NCBI GenBank assembly: GCA_964370565.1
Contig: CAYJJR010000001.1
Coordinates: 982 to 64,981, forward strand
DNA: 64,000 nucleotides
Reading direction: 5' to 3'
DNA from: an uncultured Oscillospiraceae bacterium
GTDB taxonomy: Bacteria > Bacillota > Clostridia > Oscillospirales > Ruminococcaceae
The position numbers and the translations under genes were made by a program. How positions within the stretch are numbered: the first letter of the stretch is position 1; every line of letters starts with the position of its first letter. Shown piece after piece: positions 24,816-33,685 of this stretch. Below the pieces are notes generated by a model. The model worked only from the letters and a program-made list of their open reading frames with translations, was not told where the DNA came from and did not search any database.

Positions 24816-27332
24816 ATGGTAATAAAATATAAGCTAGGAGAGCTTGCGAAGGATTTAAATCTGCCGAACAAGGAGGTTGCGGCAGTCTTTTCGGGGAAGT
24901 TTAAAGACGAAAAGAAGCATACGACTATTTTGTCTGAAGTTGAATTAAACTTTGCGTTTGATGCTTTAAGCAAAAAATTTGAGGTTGAAAGTTTTGACAG
25001 CTTTTTATCTTCGGGACAGAAGAAACAAGAGCCAAAAGTCGTTGAGCCTGTTCAAAAACCGGCGACCCAAAACCCAAGGCCGACAGGGCAACAAGTTCAA
25101 CCGCAAAACAAATCGACAGCACAAAATCAAACAGCACAAAATCAAACGGGACAAAATCAAGGTTGGCAGAAAAAGCCGCCTCAAAGACCCGTGCAACAAA
25201 GTCAAAATCAAAGCCAAAACCAAAGCCAAAATCAAAATCAAAATAGAAACCAAAACCTTAATCAATCTCAAAGGCAAAAGAATAACCCAACAGGCGACAG
25301 AATACGTCCGCTGAAGCCTGAGAAGCAAAATGTTGAAACTGTTTCAAAAGAACGTGTTGTCCATCATATCGACACAAGAGTTTCGGAAGTTAACATAGAT
25401 AAATATAACGAAAAGTATGATCAGATTGCGCAGAATTCTTTTAATAATAAAAAGAACTTCAATCAAACTAACAAGCAAAAGCTCAATCAAAGATCTAAAC
25501 AACGTCGTCAGCAACGCGTTGTCCGTGAGACCGAAGCTGAAAAACTAATGCGTATCCAGCTTGAAAAAGCAAGAAAAGCCCAGCTTAAAGTTTCGATTCC
25601 GGAAGAAATTTCGGTTGGGGAACTTGCTACACGTCTTAAAGTGACGGCAGCAGTAGTTATTAAATACTTAATGGGTGTCGGAATGATGGCATCTATAAGC
25701 GATGTTATCGACTTTGACACAGCAACACTTGTGGCAGAAGAACAAGGCGCAAAGGTTGAAAAGGAAGTTGTTGTGACTATCGAAGAACGTCTTATCGATG
25801 ACACAGAAGACCGTTCGGGCGATCTTGTTGAAAGAAACCCGATAGTCGTTGTTATGGGACACGTCGACCACGGAAAAACTTCGCTTCTTGACTATATTCG
25901 CCAAACAAACGTAATAGCCGGCGAAGCCGGTGGTATTACCCAACATATCGGAGCATATCGCGTTGCGGTTCCGGGAGATAGATTTGTAACGTTCCTCGAT
26001 ACGCCGGGACATGAAGCGTTTACTTCGATGAGGGCAAGGGGAGCCATGGTAACCGATATTGCAATATTGGTTGTTGCGGCGGACGACGGAATTATGCCCC
26101 AGACGGTTGAAGCTATTAACCACGCAAAAGCTGCCGGAGTTTCGGTTATCGTTGCTATCAACAAGATAGACAAAACCGAAGCTAACGTTGAAAAAGTTAA
26201 ACAACAGCTAACCGAACATGAACTTATTCCGGAAGAATGGGGCGGAGACATTGTGTGCGTGCCAGTATCTGCAAAGACGGGCGACGGCGTCCCCGACCTT
26301 TTAGAGATGCTAACTATCGTAAGCGATGTTAAAGAGCTTAAAGCAAACCCCGACCGCCTTGCTAAAGGAACGGTTATCGAAGCGCGTCTTGACAAAGGAC
26401 GCGGAGCGGTAGCGACGCTTCTAGTTCAAAACGGAACGTTGAGAGCCGGGGACGTTGTAATTGCGGGAACGGTCACAGGCAGGGTTAGAACGATGTCGGA
26501 CGACCACGGAATGCCTATCGAGGTTGCGGGTCCGTCTACCCCCGTCGAGATCACGGGATTTTCCGAAGTTCCTGTTGCGGGCGAAGTTTTCAACGCGGTT
26601 GAAGACGAACGTTTAGCACGTGAACTTGCCGACCAAAGAAGAACAGACGAAAAAGAAAAGGTGTTTAATAGCGCGACAAAAGTTACGCTTGACAACCTAT
26701 TTAGCCATATAGAAGAAGGTCAACTAAAAGACCTTAACATAATAGTTAAAGCTGATGTTCAAGGTTCTGCCGAAGCGGTTAAACAAAGTTTGCTTAAACT
26801 TTCAAACGAGGAAGTTAGGGTTAAAGTTATCCACACAGGAGTTGGCGGAATTAATTCGTCCGACATAATGCTAGCGGAGGCTTCGGGCGCTATTGTAGTT
26901 GGGTTTAACGTTCGTCCTGACGTAACCTCTATTGAACAAGCGGAACAAAAAAGCGTTGAGATGCGTATGTATCGTATTATATACGACGCGATTAATGACG
27001 TTAAAGACGCGCTTAAAGGTATGCTTGCGCCCAAGACAAGGGAGGCGGAACGCGGAAGAATTGAGATTCGCGAGGTATACAAGATATCCTCGGTCGGAAC
27101 AGTTGCCGGATGTTACGTTCTTTCGGGTAACGTTTCAAGGGGTGACCTTATCCGCGTAGTTCGCGACGGAATTATTATCCACGATGATAAGGTTGGATCT
27201 TTGAGAAGGTTTAAAGACGATGTTAAAGAGGTAGCCTCGGGATTTGAATGTGGTATAACGCTTGAGAAATTCGCCGATATCAAAAACGGAGACGTTTTTG
27301 AATCGTACGTAATAGAAGAATATAGGGATTAG
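24816..27332 (+). CDS. infB: Translation initiation factor IF-2
   Basis: 838 aa with GTPase motifs GHVDHGKTSLLD, DTPGHEAF and NKIDK and a GGGAGG SD upstream. The N-terminal region is Gln/Asn-rich low complexity. Confidence 0.97.
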   Translation: MVIKYKLGELAKDLNLPNKEVAAVFSGKFKDEKKHTTILSEVELNFAFDALSKKFEVESFDSFLSSGQKKQEPKVVEPVQKPATQNPRPTGQQVQPQNKSTAQNQTAQNQTGQNQGWQKKPPQRPVQQSQNQSQNQSQNQNQNRNQNLNQSQRQKNNPTGDRIRPLKPEKQNVETVSKERVVHHIDTRVSEVNIDKYNEKYDQIAQNSFNNKKNFNQTNKQKLNQRSKQRRQQRVVRETEAEKLMRIQLEKARKAQLKVSIPEEISVGELATRLKVTAAVVIKYLMGVGMMASISDVIDFDTATLVAEEQGAKVEKEVVVTIEERLIDDTEDRSGDLVERNPIVVVMGHVDHGKTSLLDYIRQTNVIAGEAGGITQHIGAYRVAVPGDRFVTFLDTPGHEAFTSMRARGAMVTDIAILVVAADDGIMPQTVEAINHAKAAGVSVIVAINKIDKTEANVEKVKQQLTEHELIPEEWGGDIVCVPVSAKTGDGVPDLLEMLTIVSDVKELKANPDRLAKGTVIEARLDKGRGAVATLLVQNGTLRAGDVVIAGTVTGRVRTMSDDHGMPIEVAGPSTPVEITGFSEVPVAGEVFNAVEDERLARELADQRRTDEKEKVFNSATKVTLDNLFSHIEEGQLKDLNIIVKADVQGSAEAVKQSLLKLSNEEVRVKVIHTGVGGINSSDIMLAEASGAIVVGFNVRPDVTSIEQAEQKSVEMRMYRIIYDAINDVKDALKGMLAPKTREAERGRIEIREVYKISSVGTVAGCYVLSGNVSRGDLIRVVRDGIIIHDDKVGSLRRFKDDVKEVASGFECGITLEKFADIKNGDVFESYVIEEYRD

Positions 27333-27348
27333 ATTTTAAGTGAATAAT

Positions 27349-27381
27349 TACTGCAACACCGCATTTTTCGGTGTTGCAGTT
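27349..27381 (+). terminator. Hairpin between infB and rbfA (attenuator/partial terminator)
   Basis: ctgcaacaccg-catttttc-ggtgttgcag followed by ttgtatt. Confidence 0.5.
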
Positions 27382-27407
27382 GTATTAACAAAAAGGAGGA
27401 AACTTAA

Positions 27408-27761
27408 ATGCCGTCACACAGAATAGACCGATTAAACAAAGATATGAAGCAGGAGCTTTCCTCGCTTATACAAAACATGAAAGATCCGAGAATCGACAGT
27501 TTTCTTTCGGTTATGCGCGTAGAGGTCACAAGCGACCTTTCGTATGCAAAGGTTAATATCGGGTCGATAAAAGGCTATGAAAGCGCTAAAGAGGCGTGTG
27601 CCGTTTTAAAAAAAGCCGCAGGACACCTAAGGACTAATATATCAAAAAATATGAAGATACGAAAAGCGCCGGAACTTATCTTTATTCCGGACGACTCGAC
27701 AGAATATTTTAACAAGATTAGTTCGATACTAGAGGGGCTAAAAGATGAGCAAGACAAATAA
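27408..27761 (+). CDS. rbfA: Ribosome-binding factor A
   Basis: 117 aa. It has R..R....L..ELS.LI....DPR..FLSV..VEVT.DLS.AKV and the conserved position after infB. Confidence 0.9.
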   Translation: MPSHRIDRLNKDMKQELSSLIQNMKDPRIDSFLSVMRVEVTSDLSYAKVNIGSIKGYESAKEACAVLKKAAGHLRTNISKNMKIRKAPELIFIPDDSTEYFNKISSILEGLKDEQDK

Positions 27762-28719
27762 TATATCTATAGAAAAAGTCGCAGAGCTTTTGAAGCAAAA
27801 CGATGAAATTTTGATTTTACCGCACAAAAATCCCGATGGGGATACTTTGGGGTGTGCGTTTGCGTTGCGTGAAGCACTTGAGATTTTAGGCAAAAAAGCG
27901 CTTGTTTCGCCGAGCGGAACGATTCCGTCAAGGTATTGTTACATGACAGAAAAGTTTAGCAAAGACAGCGAAAAAGATTTTAAACAACCGTACATCGTCG
28001 CGGTGGACACAGCGTCGGTGCAGCTTGTTGACGAACAACATAAATCACTTTGCGAAAACGCCGACATTAGCATAGACCACCATCAAAGCAACGAAGGCTT
28101 TGCGAAAAATACATTGGTAGATTCGTCAAGTTCGAGCTGTTGCGAGATAGTTTTCGACGTTATAAAAACCCTTGGTGTAGAAATAAACCACTACATTGCA
28201 AGTTGTATATACACAGGTCTTGCGACAGATACCGGTTGTTTTAAATATCGCAATACGACGATTAAAAGCCACCTTGTCGCGGCCGAGGTCATGGAATACG
28301 GCATAGACATAGCCGAACTTAACCGAATTTTGTTTGAGCAAAAAAGCCGCGCACGACTTGAACTTGAAAAACTTGCAGTAGCAAGCATCGAGTACTATTT
28401 TTCGGACAAAGTCGCTATTATATTTTTAACACGTGAGATGTTTGAACTGTCGGGAGCAAAACCCCACGATGTCGAGGGAATAACCCCAATCCCAAAAATG
28501 ATAGAGGGGGTTGAAGTTGGGGTTACAATTCGCGAACTCGGGGAAGAAACGCTAAAGGTAAGCCTTAGAACCAACAAGATAGATGCCGCGGCTATCTGTC
28601 GTGAGTTTGGGGGCGGAGGACACAAAGGCGCCGCCGGATTTGAGATAAAAGATAAAGATATTTCAAGCTTGAAGATAAAGTTGCTTGCAAAGATTAACGA
28701 CAGTCTCGAAAAACTGTAG
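27745..28719 (+). CDS. nrnA: DHH/DHHA1 family phosphoesterase (NrnA-like oligoribonuclease/pAp phosphatase)
   Basis: 324 aa with the motifs HKNPDGDTLG, DTAS, SIDHHQSN and GGGGHKGAAG. Confidence 0.8.
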   Translation: MSKTNNISIEKVAELLKQNDEILILPHKNPDGDTLGCAFALREALEILGKKALVSPSGTIPSRYCYMTEKFSKDSEKDFKQPYIVAVDTASVQLVDEQHKSLCENADISIDHHQSNEGFAKNTLVDSSSSSCCEIVFDVIKTLGVEINHYIASCIYTGLATDTGCFKYRNTTIKSHLVAAEVMEYGIDIAELNRILFEQKSRARLELEKLAVASIEYYFSDKVAIIFLTREMFELSGAKPHDVEGITPIPKMIEGVEVGVTIRELGEETLKVSLRTNKIDAAAICREFGGGGHKGAAGFEIKDKDISSLKIKLLAKINDSLEKL

Positions 28720-28740
28720 ATTTTTGAATAGCGGAGAACT

Positions 28741-29616
28741 ATGATGAACGGTGTTATAGTTGCATACAAGCCAAAAGATTTTACGTCGTTTGACGTGATA
28801 GCAAAACTTAGAAGAACTTTAGGCACAAAAAGTATAGGACACGGAGGAACGCTCGACCCTATGGCGACGGGGGTTCTTCCTCTTTATATCGGAAAGTCTA
28901 CCAAAGCGGTAGACCTTAACCCGAACAAGACCAAAAGGTATCTTGCGAATTTTAAATTTGGAATTAGAACCGACACGGGAGACATAACGGGCGACGAAAT
29001 CGAAACATCGGACGGTTTTCCGACTAACGACGAACTAATGGACGCAACGCTTGATTTTGTGGGAAACATTTCTCAGCTTCCGCCGATGTATTCGGCGGTT
29101 AAGATAGGCGGAAAAAAGTTATACCAACTTGCGCGAGAGGGAAAGACTGTCGAGCGAAAACCGCGCGAAATCGAGATCTATGGATTTAACATCCTCGATA
29201 TCGACAGGGAAAACAAAGTGGTAACGGCAGACATATCTTGTTCGCAAGGTACATATATAAGAACACTTTGTGAAGATTTTGCACAAAGTTTGAACCACAA
29301 AGCAACACTTTGTTCGCTTGAACGTACCGAGAGCGGTGGTTTTTCGGTTGAACAAAGCTTTACAATAGAGGAAATAACGGCGGCGGTCGAGGGCGAAAGA
29401 GTTGACGAAGTTTTAATGTCGGTTGAAACGGTGTTTAAAAACTATAGAAAACTTGAACTTAATCAAGACTATCAAAAACGTTATTTAAACGGAATGACGT
29501 TGAATTTAAATCAAGATATAAACGACGGTATCTATCGAGTTTACCTTGAAAATTCTTTCCATTCACTTTGCAAAGTTACGGATAAAAAGTTAAAAAAGGT
29601 AAAAAGTTTTGAATAG
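28741..29616 (+). CDS. truB: tRNA pseudouridine(55) synthase
   Basis: 291 aa with GVIVAYKPKDFTSFDV and the catalytic HGGTLDPMATGVLPL motif. Confidence 0.92.
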   Translation: MMNGVIVAYKPKDFTSFDVIAKLRRTLGTKSIGHGGTLDPMATGVLPLYIGKSTKAVDLNPNKTKRYLANFKFGIRTDTGDITGDEIETSDGFPTNDELMDATLDFVGNISQLPPMYSAVKIGGKKLYQLAREGKTVERKPREIEIYGFNILDIDRENKVVTADISCSQGTYIRTLCEDFAQSLNHKATLCSLERTESGGFSVEQSFTIEEITAAVEGERVDEVLMSVETVFKNYRKLELNQDYQKRYLNGMTLNLNQDINDGIYRVYLENSFHSLCKVTDKKLKKVKSFE

Positions 29617-30520
29617 TTTGGAGAATATAACAAAAGAGAACATTAAAAGAGCGGTAGCGGTCGGATATTTTGATGGAGTTCATATAGGACATAAAAAGGT
29701 TATCGGCGAGATGGTTGAGTTTGCTTTACAAAACAACCTAACCCCAACGATACTTACATTTAATTTTGATAAACTTCGACCGGAACTTAAAGGGAAAATA
29801 GATTTAATCTCAAAACAAAAAAGAAACGAAATTTTCAAACAACTTTCGGTAGAACAACATGTCGAGGTTGATTTTAGTAAAGTTACAGACATGACGGAAC
29901 AGGATTTTTTTGATAAATTTCTCTGTGAAAAGGGGCTTTGTGCAGCGGCTGTTTTTGTCGGGGATGACTTTAGGTTTGGCAAAAACCGTTGTGGAGACAT
30001 AAAAAGCCTTGAACAATTTGCCAACAAAAAAGGCATTAAAGTTTTTGGGGTTGAACAGGTTGAATTTGACGGAAAATCTGTGTCGACAACAAGGATTAAA
30101 GCGGCGCTTGAACAAGGCGACATAAAGCTTGCAAACGATATGTTGGGTTACAATTTCGGGTTTTGCGCAACGGTTGTAGAGGGCAAGAAGCTAGGCTCAA
30201 AATTAGGTTTTGCAACCGCAAATCAAAATATGGATAAAACGACGATAATTCCAAAATACGGAGTGTATCTGTCGAGGGTGTTTGTCGATGGCGAGTGGAG
30301 AAAAGCTATTACAAACATAGGAACGCGACCGACATACCACGACACAACAAACGTCGCGGCCGAAACACATATATTGGATTTTAACCGCGAGTTGTATGGC
30401 GAGAAACTTGTTGTTGAACTTTTAGATTTCATAAGAGAAGAAAAGAAATTTGAAACGACAGAGAAACTGAAATGTGAAGTTTTGAAAAATATTGCGTATG
30501 TAAGGGAAATCGAAATATAG
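29609..30520 (+). CDS. ribF: Bifunctional riboflavin kinase / FMN adenylyltransferase
   Basis: 303 aa with VAVGYFDGVHIGH (the nucleotidyltransferase HxGH-like motif) and a C-terminal riboflavin kinase domain (GFATAN...GVY...ITNIGTRPT). The TTG start overlaps the truB stop. Confidence 0.9.
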   Translation: MNSLENITKENIKRAVAVGYFDGVHIGHKKVIGEMVEFALQNNLTPTILTFNFDKLRPELKGKIDLISKQKRNEIFKQLSVEQHVEVDFSKVTDMTEQDFFDKFLCEKGLCAAAVFVGDDFRFGKNRCGDIKSLEQFANKKGIKVFGVEQVEFDGKSVSTTRIKAALEQGDIKLANDMLGYNFGFCATVVEGKKLGSKLGFATANQNMDKTTIIPKYGVYLSRVFVDGEWRKAITNIGTRPTYHDTTNVAAETHILDFNRELYGEKLVVELLDFIREEKKFETTEKLKCEVLKNIAYVREIEI

Positions 30521-30559
30521 TTAAATACAATTATTTTACATGTTTTATTGTAATTTAAG

Positions 30560-30589
30560 TTGCATTTTAAAACGATTATGTGGTAAAAT
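30560..30589 (+). promoter_or_regulatory. Candidate promoter of rpsO
   Basis: TTGCAT (30560-30565), an 18-nt spacer, then TAAAAT (30584-30589) with TGg directly upstream (extended -10). Confidence 0.45.
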
Positions 30590-30618
30590 AAGCTGTAGCG
30601 CAGTTATTTGTCAATAGA

Positions 30619-30675
30619 CTGATGTGTTACACAGTGATGTGTTACACAGTGATGTGTTACACAGTGATGTGTTAT
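30619..30675 (+). repeat. Four tandem copies of a 15-nt unit (CAGTGATGTGTTACA) in the rpsO leader
   Basis: Read directly: ctgatgtgttaca cagtgatgtgttaca cagtgatgtgttaca cagtgatgtgttata. Each full unit contains the palindrome TGTGTTACACA. Confidence 0.9.
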
Positions 30676-30784
30676 ATACCTTTTCCACGGAGTACAGGGC
30701 CAGTGCCGCAAAAGCGGAGTTCATCGTCACCCTTTTTCTGTGAAATCGGTTAATATAAAAAAAGAGATGAAAGGAAAAACAAAA

Positions 30785-31045
30785 ATGCTTCAATCTAAAC
30801 AAGATGTTATAGGCACAAACAAGGTGCATGACAAAGATACAGGTTCGCCCGAAGTTCAAGTAGCACTTCTTACAAACCGTATCAACCACCTTAATGAGCA
30901 TCTTAAAACACACAAGCTTGATCACCATTCGAGAAGAGGTCTTCTTAAAATGGTTGGTCGTCGTCGTAATCTTTTGGCATATCTCCAAAAGAAAGACATC
31001 GAACGCTATCGTGCTTTAATTGCTAAACTCGGACTTAGAAAATAA
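30785..31045 (+). CDS. rpsO: 30S ribosomal protein S15
   Basis: 86 aa from ATG 30785 ([10 protein letters not shown]...[36 protein letters not shown]). The track ORF has a 15-codon GTG extension, which I reject. Confidence 0.93.
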   Translation: MLQSKQDVIGTNKVHDKDTGSPEVQVALLTNRINHLNEHLKTHKLDHHSRRGLLKMVGRRRNLLAYLQKKDIERYRALIAKLGLRK

Positions 31046-31052
31046 AACACTA

Positions 31053-31106
31053 AAAAGAGGGCTTTTCTTTATCTTTATAATGAAGGTTAAGGGTCGCCCT
31101 CTTTTT
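31053..31106 (+). terminator. Candidate rpsO terminator/attenuator
   Basis: aaaagagggc (31053-31062) pairs with gccctcttttt (31096-31106). The loop is long, so the call is only moderately convincing. Confidence 0.4.
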
Positions 31107-31249
31107 AAAACTAATTAACGTAAAAATCCAAACCTTTCGGACATGTGCGTTAGCGGTAAATTGAGCTTTTAACTTGTTGTTAAACGTTGAATTTATTGCT
31201 AATAATTCTGCTCCTTTGGGTTTGGTTAAAAATAAAGGAGATATATTAA

Positions 31250-33358
31250 ATGTTTGAAAATTTTAAAACGTTTGAAACAACCGTTTCAGGCAGACCGTTT
31301 AAGGTCGAAGTTGGTAAGATGGCGGGGCTTGCAAACGGCTCTTGCTTGGTTCGCTTTGGCGAAACTGTAGTTTTATGTGTTGCCACGATGGCGGCAAAAC
31401 CTAGGGATGGAATAGATTTTTTCCCGCTATCGGTAGATTTTGAGGAAAAACTATATTCTGTTGGAAGAATTCCGGGAAGCTTTATAAGACGCGAATCACG
31501 CCCTAGCGAAAAAGCTATCTTAACTTCACGTGTTGTTGACAGACAAATCCGTCCGCTTTTCCCAAGCGACATGAGAAACGACGTTTCGGTCGTTATGTCG
31601 GTTTTGGCGGTGGAACAAGACAACAGCCCCGAAGTTGCCGGAATGATAGGAACTTCAATTGCTCTTTCGATTTCGGATATTCCGTGGCAAGGTCCCCTTG
31701 CGGGCGTTGCGGCAGGGCTTGTGGACGGCGAGATTGTTGTTAACCCCAACCTTGAACAAAGAGAAAAAAGCGACCTTCAACTAACCGTTGCAGCAAGCGA
31801 ACAAAAAGTTGTAATGATCGAAGCCGGCGCAAACCAAGTGGACGAAACTACGATGTTCGACGCTATAGTTAAATGCCACGACGAATGCAAAAACATCATC
31901 ACATTCATAAACTCGATAGTTGCCGAGATAGGAAAACCCAAAAAAGAATTTGAAAGCAAAGTCGTTATCCCGGAACTTTACGAAGCTGTTAAAGAAATAG
32001 CTATCGAAAAAGTTCGTGTTGCAATGGACACAGACGACAAAACGGTTCGTGACGCGGCGCTCGCGCCAATATACGAAGAAGTTCATGCAAAACTCGATGA
32101 AAGTTGGCCCGACAACATCGGAATGATCGAAGAATGTATGTACAAACTTCAAAAATACGTTGTTCGCCGTTGGTTGCTCGACGACAACAAACGTGTGGAC
32201 GGCAGAGGGATTGACGAAGTTCGTCCTCTCGACGCCGAAGTTGGCATGATACCAATAGTTCACGGTAGCGGTATGTTCACAAGGGGTCAAACACAGGTTA
32301 TGACTATCGTAACTCTTGGAATGAACAGCGACGCGCAACTTCTAGACGGTATTGACCTTGACACAGAAAAAAGATATATGCATCAATATAACTTCCCTAG
32401 TTATTCTGTCGGCGAAACACGCCCGAGCAGAGGTCCCGGAAGACGCGAAATAGGCCACGGAGCACTTGCCGAAAAAGCTTTGGTTCCTGTGCTTCCAACT
32501 ATCGAAGAATTCCCGTATGTAATGCGTTTGGTTTCCGAAGTTCTTTCGTCCAACGGTTCGACATCACAAGGCGCAATCTGTGGTTCGACGCTTGCGCTAA
32601 TGGACGCCGGCGTTCCAATAAAAGCTCCTGTTGCAGGAATTTCGTGTGGTCTCATAACCGAGGGCGACAGATTTATGACGATGGTAGATATCCAAGGTGT
32701 TGAAGACTTCTTCGGCGACATGGACTTTAAAGTCGGAGGAACACACAAAGGTATTACAGCAATTCAAATGGACATCAAAACAGACGGTTTGACATACGAA
32801 GTTATCAAAGAAGCTTTGGAAAAATGCCGCACAGCAAGACTTCACATTCTTGACGACGTAATGCTTAAAGAGATAGCAGAGCCCAGAGCCGAGCTTTCAA
32901 AACATGCTCCTAAGATGAAATCTATCAAGATCGAAGTGGACAAGATCTCCGAAGTTATCGGAAAAGGCGGAAAGACTATCCAAAAGATCTGCGCCGAATG
33001 CAACGTTAAGGTTGATGTACAAGAAGACGGAACTGTTTTCGTCTCGAGCATCGATAGCGAAGATGTTGAAAGAGCGTTGACAATCATCGAAACTATCGTA
33101 AAAGAACCCGAAATAGGTTCGATGTTCTACGGTAAAGTAACAAGAATTCTTCCTATTGGCGCAATGGTTGAAATTGCTCCGGGAAAAGAAGGGCTTGTTC
33201 ACATAAGCAAACTTGACAACAAACGTGTCGAAAAGACCGAAGATATCGTGGCAATAGGCGACGTTATCCCTGTTAAGATTATAAAAATTGACGACAGAGG
33301 AAGGCTTGACCTTTCGAGAAAAGACGCACTGGCTGCAATTAATGCGAAAACGGAATAG
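31250..33358 (+). CDS. pnp: Polyribonucleotide nucleotidyltransferase (PNPase)
   Basis: 702 aa with two RNase PH domains and C-terminal KH (ISEVIGKGGKTIQKI) and S1 (GKVTRILPIGAMVEIAPGKEGLVHIS) domains. Confidence 0.96.
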   Translation: MFENFKTFETTVSGRPFKVEVGKMAGLANGSCLVRFGETVVLCVATMAAKPRDGIDFFPLSVDFEEKLYSVGRIPGSFIRRESRPSEKAILTSRVVDRQIRPLFPSDMRNDVSVVMSVLAVEQDNSPEVAGMIGTSIALSISDIPWQGPLAGVAAGLVDGEIVVNPNLEQREKSDLQLTVAASEQKVVMIEAGANQVDETTMFDAIVKCHDECKNIITFINSIVAEIGKPKKEFESKVVIPELYEAVKEIAIEKVRVAMDTDDKTVRDAALAPIYEEVHAKLDESWPDNIGMIEECMYKLQKYVVRRWLLDDNKRVDGRGIDEVRPLDAEVGMIPIVHGSGMFTRGQTQVMTIVTLGMNSDAQLLDGIDLDTEKRYMHQYNFPSYSVGETRPSRGPGRREIGHGALAEKALVPVLPTIEEFPYVMRLVSEVLSSNGSTSQGAICGSTLALMDAGVPIKAPVAGISCGLITEGDRFMTMVDIQGVEDFFGDMDFKVGGTHKGITAIQMDIKTDGLTYEVIKEALEKCRTARLHILDDVMLKEIAEPRAELSKHAPKMKSIKIEVDKISEVIGKGGKTIQKICAECNVKVDVQEDGTVFVSSIDSEDVERALTIIETIVKEPEIGSMFYGKVTRILPIGAMVEIAPGKEGLVHISKLDNKRVEKTEDIVAIGDVIPVKIIKIDDRGRLDLSRKDALAAINAKTE

Positions 33359-33414
33359 GTTTTTTAATGCGTAATTCGTAATGCGTAATTCGTAATTTAC
33401 GTCGTTCTGGGGAG

Positions 33415-33446
33415 CGATCTTGCGCCACTTGCATGGCGAGATTTTG
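33415..33446 (+). terminator. Candidate pnp terminator
   Basis: gatct-tg-cgcca-cttgca-tggcg-agatt followed by ttg. The stem is bulged and the T-run short. Confidence 0.35.
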
Positions 33447-33569
33447 ATACATTGTTTTCAAGATTTAATTGCTTACAGATATAATACGAAAAAGTATTCT
33501 TTTCTGACAAAAGGAACGCTACAGGACAACGTGCAAGAAAATCACACTTACCCAGATATAACAAAATAA

Positions 33570-33643
33570 TGTAGGGACAGGGCTTGCCCCTGTCCGATTA
33601 AGAGAGATTTTTTTAATCGGACAACCGCAAGGGTTGTCCCTAC
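33570..33643 (+). repeat. Compound palindrome with four GGACA/TGTCC segments
   Basis: gtagggacaggg-cttg-cccctgtcc gattaa-gagagattttt-ttaatc ggacaacc-gcaag-ggttgtccctac. Three local hairpins are possible, or alternative long-range pairings. Confidence 0.8.
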
Positions 33644-33685
33644 AATTTATTTTATAAAAAAATTCTTTACAACAAAGGAGATATT

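Noticed and set aside
30611-30988. 125-aa minus-strand ORF
   Set aside because: It is antisense to rpsO, and its C-terminus is just the translated 15-nt repeat ([15 protein letters not shown]). Spurious.
31126-31230. Long-range pairing in the pnp leader (atccaaacc...gggtttgg) as an RNase III autoregulation site
   Set aside because: It is plausible by analogy with E. coli pnp, but only about 8 bp of complementarity was found by eye. That is not enough to report as a feature.
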